Positions 36,531-44,554 of a stretch of 64,000 nt of DNA are shown here, one piece after another; positions within the stretch are counted from its first letter, which is position 1; each line of letters begins with the position of its first letter. Under the pieces are notes generated by a model. That model saw only the letters and a list, made by a program, of their open reading frames with translations, had not been told where the DNA came from and made no database searches. The stretch is taken from assembly GCA_948938605.1 (NCBI GenBank), contig CARAIG010000047.1:982-64981 (forward strand), written 5' to 3'. This stretch comes from an uncultured Eubacteriales bacterium (GTDB lineage Bacteria; Bacillota; Clostridia; Christensenellales; CAG-314). The translations under genes and the position numbers were made by a program.

Positions 36531-37235
36531 ATGCGTAAATTAGCGGAAAAAGTAGTACTTGTTGCGCAAATTTGCATAACGCTTGTTTTTGCAATTACCG
36601 CACTGCTTAACAATACAAACTTAATTTATCCCGAACAAGACGGCAACGGCGTTAACAACGCCGCCGATTACGCAGTTGCAAACAACGGCGTTTTAACAAC
36701 GTTAATTTGGGTATTGTTTATTGCGTATTTAGGACTGTCGGCATATATGCTATACGTCAATTTTAGCGAAAGGGAAAACTTAAAACGCGTACTGTTGTTT
36801 TGCGACAGCGAAAGCGCAACCCACACTACAACAAAAGTCGTACACCGTATAATTGCCGATTGCGCAAAACAAACGGACGGCATTACCGTCAAAAAAACGC
36901 GCGTACGCCCCGACGAAAAGCAAGGCTTTGCAATAAACTTAAAAGTTAAAGTGTCGGCAGACAACGTGTCGCAAGCAATAGATACTTTTAGATGTATGCT
37001 TGCCGACAGTTTTAAAAACACACTGGGATTGACTTTTAATTCAATTAATTTCGAAGTGGTTAAACTTAACACGCATTATTCAACAAGCATTAGAAAAGCG
37101 GAAGAACAAGCGGAAAAACTGGGCGAACAAAGGGAAATAGCCGACGAAATTTACAATGAACCCTTAGACAACGACATAAACTTGGATTGCGTAATAGAAG
37201 AAAAGAAAAACAATGACGCTTCGGACAACTTATAA
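36531..37235 (+). CDS. Membrane protein with a C-terminal Asp23/AmaP-like region (alkaline-shock anchor-like)
   Basis: Start at ATG 36531 (RBS GGGGAG). Two N-terminal transmembrane helices are followed by the alternating beta pattern GFAINLKVKVSADNVSQAIDTFRCMLADSFKNTLGLTFNSINFEVVKL. Confidence 0.45.
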   Translation: MRKLAEKVVLVAQICITLVFAITALLNNTNLIYPEQDGNGVNNAADYAVANNGVLTTLIWVLFIAYLGLSAYMLYVNFSERENLKRVLLFCDSESATHTTTKVVHRIIADCAKQTDGITVKKTRVRPDEKQGFAINLKVKVSADNVSQAIDTFRCMLADSFKNTLGLTFNSINFEVVKLNTHYSTSIRKAEEQAEKLGEQREIADEIYNEPLDNDINLDCVIEEKKNNDASDNL

Positions 37236-37281
37236 TATACGGCACTTAATGCTTTGTTGCAAAGTGCCAGATAAATATCCG

Positions 37282-37731
37282 CTAATTGCGTTTTGATTTA
37301 AAATAATTTGTCAGCAGTTGCGAACACTCTTTTTCCAACACGCCGCCCTGAATTGTCAATTCGTGGTTTAACGTCCGCCCAATTACTTCCGCAAGATGTA
37401 TACAGCCGTTGCCGCTAAGGTCGAATGCGCCGAAATACACATTAGATATACGTGCATTGTAGCACGCGCCCAAACACATAACGCAAGGTTCTAACGTAAC
37501 GTACAAATCGCACCCCGTAAGCCGCCAATCGTTCAACACGCTGCAAGCGCGCTGTATTGCGACAAGTTCGGCGTGTTCGACGGCATTGCGGGATTTGTTG
37601 CGGGTGTTGTGCGCATAAGCCAAAACAACTCCGTCCTTTACGACTACCGCGCCGATAGGCACTTCGTCTTCGGCGGCGGACAGTTCGGCTTGTTTTAACG
37701 CTTGGCGCATAAAATTTTCGTTAAATTGCAT
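37282..37731 (-). CDS. tadA: tRNA-specific adenosine deaminase
   Basis: HAELVAI and PCVMCLGA are the zinc-binding motifs. 149 aa. Confidence 0.9.
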   Translation of the reverse strand: MQFNENFMRQALKQAELSAAEDEVPIGAVVVKDGVVLAYAHNTRNKSRNAVEHAELVAIQRACSVLNDWRLTGCDLYVTLEPCVMCLGACYNARISNVYFGAFDLSGNGCIHLAEVIGRTLNHELTIQGGVLEKECSQLLTNYFKSKRN

Positions 37732-37739
37732 ACATACCT

Positions 37740-39473
37740 TTACAGTTTGATTTTTTTGTTTATTTCCCGCATCATATCGGGATTTATTTTTAGCACTTTG
37801 CGGTCGTAAGTGTACAAACCGTTAACTTCGTCTTCAACATCGGACACTTGCGTATAGACGGTAGCGGAAAGTCCTTTGTCTATCAACCTAATGACGTCGC
37901 GCGTGTACAATTCGTAAACGCCGTCGTTAAATTCCGATACCGTTTCGAACTTTTTGTAGCTATACGTACGGTTAGGATTAAAGCTGTGGTCGGCGTCCTT
38001 GTAACTGTAACCGCCGAACTCCGTCAAGCAAACCGCGCGTTTCGAATCCTTATTTAACCGCACCTTTTTAAAGTACACGTGCATACTGTTAATATCCCCG
38101 CCACCTTGGTCGTGCCAACCGCTGGCGTGGTCGACTGTACGGGTAGGATCGATGTCCTTTGTAAGTTGCGCAATTTTGTTGGCGTCGAACTGTCCCCAGG
38201 CTTCGTTAAAAGGCACCCACATAGCAATGGACACACAGTTATACAGTTGGTCGAGCATTTCGGTATATTCCGAAACAAAGTTATCGCGGCTTTCGTCGCT
38301 TTTACGCGAAAAGCGCGTATAGTTGCCGTCATTCATTTTGTTAATGCCTAAATTGGGCGCAATTAACGTCACCCACTTATGCTGTTTAGTTCCGCCGCTG
38401 GGCATATCCTGCCAAACAAGCATACCGAGACGGTCGCAATGGTAATACCAACGCATAGGCTCCACCTTGATGTGTTTGCGCAGCATATTGAAGCCTAAGT
38501 CTTTCATTGCCTTGATATCGAATTGCAACGCTTCGTCGCTAGGCGCGGTATACAAGCCGTCGCTGTAATAACCTTGGTCGAGCAAACCGTTGTGGAAGTA
38601 CGGCGCATTATTCAACATTAAACGGTAATATTTGCCGACCTTTTCGCACGAAAACTTGCGCATACCGAAGTAGCTTTCCACTTTGTCCCTACGGGAAATT
38701 ACGCGCAGATTGTACAAAAACGGGTCATCGGGCGACCACATTTTAAACACTTCTTTGGGGAAATACAACTTGATTGCGCCTTTGCCGTCAGCGCTTACAA
38801 TTTCCTTTTGCCCGTCTAACACTTTGACTGTTATGGGCTCGTCGATGTTTAATTCCGCTTCCACCGTCACCGAAGCGTCGTCGATATTGGGCGTTATGCG
38901 TATGCTTTGTATATAATGCGCGGGGACGCTTTCCAACCATACCGTCTGCCAAATTCCGCTTTGCGGAGTATACCACATTCCGCCGCGAGACGTGGACTGT
39001 TTGCCGTTTGCGTAATGTTTTGTATCGGTAAAGTCGCGCACTTTAACTACAAGTTCGTTTGTTTCCGCAAGCGACTGGGTAATGTCTACGGTAAAGCTGT
39101 TATATCCGCCTTCGTGATGATACAAATGCTTGTTGTTGACGTAAACGTCTGCAATGCAGTCCACTGCGCCGAAGTTTAACAAAACTATGTCCTTGACAAA
39201 AGTCTTGGGCAAAGTAAACGATGTACGGTAAAACAAATACTCGTTAGGTTTGACGATACGGTCAACCCCCGATAACGGCGATTCGGGTGAAAAAGGCACT
39301 AATATTTTTCCGTCGTATTTAGTCGGCATTACGTCCTTTTTAGTAATTGCGTAATCCCACTTACCGTTAAGGTTGATATAACTGTTGCGTACAAATTGCG
39401 GGCGGGGATATTCCTGCAAGGGTTTATCCGTTAAATTTTCGCCCCATACGGTTGTAAGTTGTTGTAACGCCAT
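37740..39473 (-). CDS. Glycoside hydrolase family 2 enzyme (beta-galactosidase/glucuronidase-like), cytoplasmic
   Basis: Sugar-binding, Ig-like and TIM-barrel domains in the GH2 order. WSPDDPFLY, NMLRKHIKVEP, MWVPFNEAWG and a catalytic-like LTEFGGY are present. Confidence 0.8.
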   Translation of the reverse strand: MALQQLTTVWGENLTDKPLQEYPRPQFVRNSYINLNGKWDYAITKKDVMPTKYDGKILVPFSPESPLSGVDRIVKPNEYLFYRTSFTLPKTFVKDIVLLNFGAVDCIADVYVNNKHLYHHEGGYNSFTVDITQSLAETNELVVKVRDFTDTKHYANGKQSTSRGGMWYTPQSGIWQTVWLESVPAHYIQSIRITPNIDDASVTVEAELNIDEPITVKVLDGQKEIVSADGKGAIKLYFPKEVFKMWSPDDPFLYNLRVISRRDKVESYFGMRKFSCEKVGKYYRLMLNNAPYFHNGLLDQGYYSDGLYTAPSDEALQFDIKAMKDLGFNMLRKHIKVEPMRWYYHCDRLGMLVWQDMPSGGTKQHKWVTLIAPNLGINKMNDGNYTRFSRKSDESRDNFVSEYTEMLDQLYNCVSIAMWVPFNEAWGQFDANKIAQLTKDIDPTRTVDHASGWHDQGGGDINSMHVYFKKVRLNKDSKRAVCLTEFGGYSYKDADHSFNPNRTYSYKKFETVSEFNDGVYELYTRDVIRLIDKGLSATVYTQVSDVEDEVNGLYTYDRKVLKINPDMMREINKKIKL

Positions 39474-39624
39474 AGTTCGGTTCCTCCGATTGCCCGCGCA
39501 GCCAATGTTAATAGCGAACGCGTATTACGAATTAATTGTAGCACAAGTTTGTTAAGATGTAAACAACGAATATGTTAAGTTAAATACAAAACAAAAAATA
39601 TATTTCGTCAATATCCAAAGCAGG

Positions 39625-39654
39625 TTGCAAAATCATACGGAATTGTGGTACAAT
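39625..39654 (+). promoter_or_regulatory. Extended -10 promoter for dut
   Basis: TTGCAA, 18-nt spacer, TACAAT, preceded by TGG. The 17-mer TGTGGTACAATAATTTT also occurs at 23979-23995. Confidence 0.45.
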
Positions 39655-39685
39655 AATTTTGCAATTTAATTAAAGGAAAAGACAA

Positions 39686-40165
39686 ATGCAAATTAACGCA
39701 AGATTTGAAAAAGTAAGTTTTACGCAATTTGCCGAATACGGCAACGAACAAACATACAATGAAATAAAAATACCCAAACGTGCAACGGAATTAAGCGCAG
39801 GGTACGACTTTTTTGCGCCGACGGATATAACTTTTGAAGCAGGGCAAACAGTTACGGTTGCAACGGGCATACGCATTGTTATGCCTAACGATTACTTTTT
39901 GATGATAGTTCCCCGCAGCGGATTGGGCTTTAAATACAAATTGCGTTTAAACAATACGGTAGGCATAATCGACGCCGATTACGTAAACTCGCCTAACGAA
40001 GGGCACATATTTGTGCGTATGACGAACGAAAGCGACAAAACTTTGGAAATAAAAAAAGGCGAAGCGTTTGCGCAAGGAATTTTACTTGCCTACAACACTA
40101 CCGCCGACGACTGTGTTACCGAACAACGCAAAGGCGGATTAGGTTCGACAACGAAGCCAAAATAA
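39686..40165 (+). CDS. dut: dUTP diphosphatase (trimeric dUTPase)
   Basis: SAGYDF, PRSGLGFK, GIIDADY and the C-terminal RKGGLGST motifs. Confidence 0.88.
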   Translation: MQINARFEKVSFTQFAEYGNEQTYNEIKIPKRATELSAGYDFFAPTDITFEAGQTVTVATGIRIVMPNDYFLMIVPRSGLGFKYKLRLNNTVGIIDADYVNSPNEGHIFVRMTNESDKTLEIKKGEAFAQGILLAYNTTADDCVTEQRKGGLGSTTKPK

Positions 40166-40232
40166 TAAATACAATAAAAAACACTCCTTCAATCGCCACA
40201 CGAAATACTGCCTTGATGTGTCATTCATTGAC

Positions 40233-40299
40233 GAATCCTCCTGTGGTTATTTGTTCAGCTGCCGGGCTTGAACTCATTATACCACGGGAGGATTCTTTT
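40233..40299 (+). terminator. Long hairpin plus TTTT downstream of dut; a candidate terminator or structured RNA
   Basis: GAATCCTCCTGTGGT pairs with ACCACGGGAGGATTC over 15 bp. The one odd pair is a G-U wobble only on the plus-strand RNA. The loop is 33 nt with internal pairing, and TTTTG follows. Confidence 0.45.
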
Positions 40300-40355
40300 G
40301 CTCATCGGTTAACCTTCACGGAAACACCGAACTATCCGATGGTTTTCGGCACACC

Positions 40356-40391
40356 AAAAGGCACCGTGACTTTAATCACGGTGCCTTTTTA
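40356..40391. terminator. Bidirectional terminator between dut and the Fic remnant
   Basis: AAAA-GGCACCGTGA-ctttaa-TCACGGTGCC-TTTTT. Confidence 0.75.
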
Positions 40392-40418
40392 AGCGATTTG
40401 CTTTTGTACTTTACGACG

Positions 40419-40658
40419 TCAATATTGTATCTTGAAATAATCAAGGTAAAGTTTGAATTTGTCTTGCGCCGCAAGGCAAGTGTCCCGCAAATAACCACGC
40501 TCGTTTTGCCACTCCTTTAATCCGCGATAGTAAAACAGTTTTAATTCTTCGTCAATTATAAACGGAACGATATTATATTTTAAGCAATCCTTGAAAAGTA
40601 AAAGTCTGCCGATACGCCCGTTGCCGTCTTGAAATAAGTAAGTATGTTTATTTTCCAT
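40419..40658 (-). pseudogene. Fic/DOC-family remnant: the C-terminal 79 aa only, with a degenerate active-site motif
   Basis: MENKHTYLFQDGNGRIGRLLLFKDCLKYNIVPFIIDEELKLFYYRGLKEW matches the ...IHPFQDGNGRxGRLL... core of small Firmicute Fic proteins. The H-P of HPFxDGNGR is replaced by Y-L, and no in-frame N-terminal domain exists (a TGA lies 2 codons upstream). Confidence 0.6.
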
Positions 40659-40992
40659 AACTCATATATGCCAGTTAAATATTTGTCCGGTCGAATGTCA
40701 CAAAGCGACAGCGAAATATTTCCTTGAACACGTAAAAGCATACCGAGACTTTTCCTGATCTGTTTTAATACACAATCAGCAACACGATATATAATTATTT
40801 CGCAATTATATACAATTCTTCGTATTCTGATTGCGTAATTATTTTCTTTTCCAATAAAATTCGAATATGAATTTTAGTCAAACAATCATAGGTATTTATC
40901 ATTGCGTCAAAGTAAAATCTTAATTTGTTGACTAAAATTATTTTTTAACAACAGCACGATTTAAAATTTATTAAACAACAGCAATAATTTTG

Positions 40993-41021
40993 TTGCGTTT
41001 TGGAAAATAATGTGGTATGAT
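40993..41021 (+). promoter_or_regulatory. Extended -10 promoter for the TetR-antiporter operon
   Basis: TTGCGT, 17-nt spacer, TATGAT, preceded by TGG. It overlaps the track's ATG at 41017, which argues for the ATG at 41056 as the real start. Confidence 0.45.
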
Positions 41022-41055
41022 ATGGAAACAAAATATAGGAGTTTTTGTTTCCGTT

Positions 41056-41532
41056 ATGAAAAATGCAATTTTAGAAGCGACAATAATAGGCTTACAAAAA
41101 GACGGGTTGAAGTTTTCAATCGATACGATAGCAAGCAAATTGAAAATATCCAAAAAGACGGTATACAAGTTTTTCCCTTGCAAGGAAGACTTAGCGGTTG
41201 CGGTATACGATAAATTTTACGACGAAACAAATAAACGCATTGACGCGTTGACTGACGACAAAGCCGTAGACAGTTTTGCCGAACTGCTAAATTTGTATTA
41301 TCAATCGTATTGTATGATACGTGACGACGTTTTCAACAAATTTGCCTTAAACGACGTCGTAAAAAAAATAGCATTGCAAAAGCACAATGAAATTAAGGAC
41401 AAATTTAAAGGCACGTTACAAACCGACGAAATTGACACCGCTATGTTTATTATAGACGGCGTGTTGGAAAAGTTAAACGGACAACCTTTAACGGCGCAAA
41501 TAACGTCAAGATTGGAGCAATTAATATGGTAG
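41056..41532 (+). CDS. TetR/AcrR family transcriptional regulator
   Basis: The N-terminal HTH is ILEATIIGLQKDGLKFSIDTIASKLKISKKTVYKFFPCKEDL. The stop overlaps the downstream antiporter start. Confidence 0.8.
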   Translation: MKNAILEATIIGLQKDGLKFSIDTIASKLKISKKTVYKFFPCKEDLAVAVYDKFYDETNKRIDALTDDKAVDSFAELLNLYYQSYCMIRDDVFNKFALNDVVKKIALQKHNEIKDKFKGTLQTDEIDTAMFIIDGVLEKLNGQPLTAQITSRLEQLIW

Positions 41533-42773
41533 TTGATATTTTAAGATTATTCGGAGTGTTGTGTATAGCGTTTGTTGTGGGCAAACTGGTTTCAAAAATT
41601 AAATTACCCGCAATTTTAGGTTGGTTACTGACGGGCATTGCATTCGGACCGTATCTTGCGCAAGTAATAACGTTTGAAATTACCGACGCTGTGTGGTATA
41701 AAATATTTGTAAAAGTTTTCGAGTGTTTTGCCGGCGTAATGATAGGCAGAGAGATTATATTCAAAAAAATTGCCAAATCGGGCAAACAAATTATCGGCAT
41801 AACGGCAATACAGGCATTGGGAACATTTGCGTTTGTGTCGCTTGCATTTGCAATAACCTTTTTAATTGCAAAAATACCCGTTTATTTAGCGTTTGTGTTC
41901 GGCGGAATTGCACTTGCAACGGCGCCCGCGCCTGCACTGTCAATTGTTAACGAATACCGCACAAACGGTCCCGTAACCAAAACGCTCATACCCCTTGCGG
42001 CAATAGACGACGTAATAGGCGTAATTGTGTTTATTACCACCATATCGGTAATAGGCGCAGTTAAGGGCGGACAATCTACATCTGTCCTTTTAACTATTGG
42101 CACAATAGTTTTCCCATTTGTTATAGGTGTTGCGTTCGGCGTTGCCGTAGGCTTTATCTTGCGTAAAATTAAAAACGCAGTCGGTTGCCTTGCGGTATTT
42201 TTAGCAGGATTGCTATGCTGCGTTGCGACGGGTATAGTAATCGACTACTTTGTTTTCCACGCTTTTTCGCTAAACTATTTACTTATAGGTATGGCATATG
42301 CTTCCGCAGTCGCCAACTTAATAGACGAACAAAAATTAGAAGATATGATGAAAAAGTACGCCCCAGTATTAAACATTTCACTAGTTATAGTCATTGTCAA
42401 CTTGGGGTTGCCCCTTGACTACCGTCTGATTGCGGGCGCGGGTATATTTACCGTAATATACATTGTGTCAAGAGCAATCGGCAAAATAGGCTTTTCGTTT
42501 ATAGGCGGAAAAATTACCAAAGCCGAACCTGCCGTTACAAAATGGCTTGGGTTTACGCTACTGCCCCATTCGGGAGTTTCGTTAGTATTTACAGGAATAG
42601 CGGTAAATACGTTTATGACGATAGATCAATCGTTAGCAACGATCATTTCGGGGACGATAGTCGCGGCGGCAATTATAAACGAAATTATTGCAGTAATACT
42701 TGCCAAAGTAGCATTTAAAAAGGCAGGGGAACTAGACGCCCCGAAAAACAGTACCGACATTGCCGAAAACTAA
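41526..42773 (+). CDS. Cation:proton antiporter (Na+/H+ exchanger, CPA family)
   Basis: 415 aa with about 12 transmembrane helices. The N-terminus FVVGKLVSKIKLPAILGWLLTGIAFGP is typical of CPA/Kef-type exchangers. Translationally coupled to the TetR gene. Confidence 0.7.
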   Translation: MVVDILRLFGVLCIAFVVGKLVSKIKLPAILGWLLTGIAFGPYLAQVITFEITDAVWYKIFVKVFECFAGVMIGREIIFKKIAKSGKQIIGITAIQALGTFAFVSLAFAITFLIAKIPVYLAFVFGGIALATAPAPALSIVNEYRTNGPVTKTLIPLAAIDDVIGVIVFITTISVIGAVKGGQSTSVLLTIGTIVFPFVIGVAFGVAVGFILRKIKNAVGCLAVFLAGLLCCVATGIVIDYFVFHAFSLNYLLIGMAYASAVANLIDEQKLEDMMKKYAPVLNISLVIVIVNLGLPLDYRLIAGAGIFTVIYIVSRAIGKIGFSFIGGKITKAEPAVTKWLGFTLLPHSGVSLVFTGIAVNTFMTIDQSLATIISGTIVAAAIINEIIAVILAKVAFKKAGELDAPKNSTDIAEN

Positions 42774-42835
42774 CGCAACTCGATTACTTATTGCAAACTA
42801 TTGACATATACAACAATTTTAGATAGGATATTTAA

Positions 42836-42930
42836 GCACTGTAAAGATTTGACAGCAATGTAACATTAGAACACTGTAAAGTTTTATGCAGTGCAATATG
42901 TTGTTATCTGCGTAACTACGCACTTACAGT
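42836..42930. repeat. CACTGT element: a 22-nt partial copy (42836-42857) overlapping a full 80-nt copy (42851-42930)
   Basis: GCACTGTAAAGATTTGACAGCA, then GACAGCAATGTAACATTAGAACACTGTAAAGTTTTATGCAGTGCAATATGTTGTTATCTGCGTAACTACGCACTTACAGT. Confidence 0.8.
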
Positions 42931-43014
42931 ACGTAAAGCGCGGTAAAACGGCTAAACCGTACAAGCAAACAAATTAAACTTGACTAACCGCAACGGTTGG
43001 AGTAAAATACAGAT

Positions 43015-43527
43015 ATGAAAGTTATAAGTAAACAAAAGAACAGTAAAATGTGTATCATTTGCGGTATGGACAACGAATACGGACTGCGCGCGCCATTTTA
43101 CAATATGGAAGACGGCAGTGTAATGACTGTGTTCCGTTACCGCGAACAACACCAAAGCTATCCCCAACGCGTGCATGGCGGACTTATTACCGCAATGCTG
43201 GACGAAATGGGTTTGCGCGCATTGTGGGCGAAGGATTTGGACGAAAGGCAATTCGGCGTTACAATGACGTTGGAAGTAAAATTCCGCAAGCCCGTGCCCT
43301 ACGACGTCGACTTAATGGGCAAGGCGATTATAGTAAAGGACAACGACCGCTTCCTCGTTACCGAAGCAAACATTACCGACGTCTACGGTAACGTACTGGC
43401 AAACGGTACTATTAAATACCTAAAACTACCGTTAGACAAACTTGGCAACAACATTTCCGCACACGAAGAAATGTGCTACTTAATCGACGACGGGGTAACG
43501 GAAATTAATTACAAACAACCCGATTAG
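43015..43527 (+). CDS. PaaI-family hotdog-fold thioesterase
   Basis: CIICGMDNEYGL at the N-terminus and HGGLITAMLDEMG, typical of PaaI-type thioesterases. 170 aa. Confidence 0.7.
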   Translation: MKVISKQKNSKMCIICGMDNEYGLRAPFYNMEDGSVMTVFRYREQHQSYPQRVHGGLITAMLDEMGLRALWAKDLDERQFGVTMTLEVKFRKPVPYDVDLMGKAIIVKDNDRFLVTEANITDVYGNVLANGTIKYLKLPLDKLGNNISAHEEMCYLIDDGVTEINYKQPD

Positions 43528-43577
43528 TCGGCGTTAACGCTTTACTTGCGCGTTTGTCGCGATTAATTAAATATTAC

Positions 43578-43617
43578 ACAAAACCGTCCGCTGTAAAACA
43601 ACAGCAGACGGTTTTTA
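43578..43617. terminator. Bidirectional terminator between the thioesterase and DUF3737 genes
   Basis: AAACCGTCCGCTG-taaaacaa-CAGCAGACGGTTT followed by TTT. Confidence 0.7.
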
Positions 43618-43631
43618 ATTTGTTTAAATTT

Positions 43632-44495
43632 TTACTTTTTTAATTGCACTACTTTGCAGTTGCAGGGATACTTGCTGTCGGAAGTTATAATAACTTCCCC
43701 TATGCTGTCGGCTACAATCCTACCCGAACGGGGGTTTTTAACCGACACGATATTACCGACAACCGAAGCTTCCGCGTCGGAATACTCAAACGCCAAGTCG
43801 GTGTCAATCATTGTGCAATTGACAAGCGTTAAATTTTTGCAATAACACAACGGTTGCGTGCCGATAATTTTGCAATCTATTAACGTTAAGCCTTGCGAAT
43901 ACCAAGCAAGATATTCCCCCTTGACGACGCTGTTTTTAACCGTTACGTTTTGCGAATGCCAAAAGGCGTCCTTTGTATCCAGTACGCTGTTTTCTATAAC
44001 GACGTTTTGAACATATTGAAAGGAATATTTGCCTTTAAACTGCACGTTGCGCAGTTTTATATCCGTACCTATGAAAAACAGATATTCGCTTGAAATTTCG
44101 CTGTCGGCAATTTCCGCAAAATGACTTTTCCAACCGAATTCCGGAGATACGATTAGAGAATTGCCTATACGTATGTTGTTACATTCGCGCAGTGCCTTGA
44201 TGCCTAGCAATTGCGAGTTGTCGATTGTAACATCGTCGGAATACCACAATCCCGCACGACAGTTTTCCGTCAATACAACATTGTTCAATGTCACTCCTAC
44301 GTCGTGCCACAACGGGTAACGCAAGTTAAAACGACTGTCCGCAACAAATATGTTCCTTGCTTCCTTTAAAGCCGATTCGCCGTCTTCTACGCCGTCAAAC
44401 GCACAATTTACAATCCTTGTGTCGGTTGCGCCGTACAAGGCGCGTTCCTCGCCGAACGTTTGGTTTTGTACCGTGTTAATGTAAGATTTTTCCAT
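43632..44495 (-). CDS. DUF3737 family protein (right-handed beta-helix repeats)
   Basis: QNQTFGEERALYG...DGESALKE...RYPLWH...FQYVQNVVIENS...EYLAWYSQGLTLIDCKIIGTQPLCYCKNLTLVNC matches my recollection of DUF3737 proteins along the whole length. Confidence 0.7.
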   Translation of the reverse strand: MEKSYINTVQNQTFGEERALYGATDTRIVNCAFDGVEDGESALKEARNIFVADSRFNLRYPLWHDVGVTLNNVVLTENCRAGLWYSDDVTIDNSQLLGIKALRECNNIRIGNSLIVSPEFGWKSHFAEIADSEISSEYLFFIGTDIKLRNVQFKGKYSFQYVQNVVIENSVLDTKDAFWHSQNVTVKNSVVKGEYLAWYSQGLTLIDCKIIGTQPLCYCKNLTLVNCTMIDTDLAFEYSDAEASVVGNIVSVKNPRSGRIVADSIGEVIITSDSKYPCNCKVVQLKK

Positions 44496-44554
44496 AACGT
44501 ACAGTCTAGCAAATTTGTTGCTTTATGTCAAATGTCAACACCGCTACATAATCA

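Noticed and set aside
41017-41055. Upstream start (ATG 41017) for the TetR gene, and the overlapping 67-aa ORF at 41010-41213.
   Set aside because: ATG 41017 lies inside the predicted -10 hexamer (TATGAT, 41016-41021). The TetR HTH begins right after Met at 41056.
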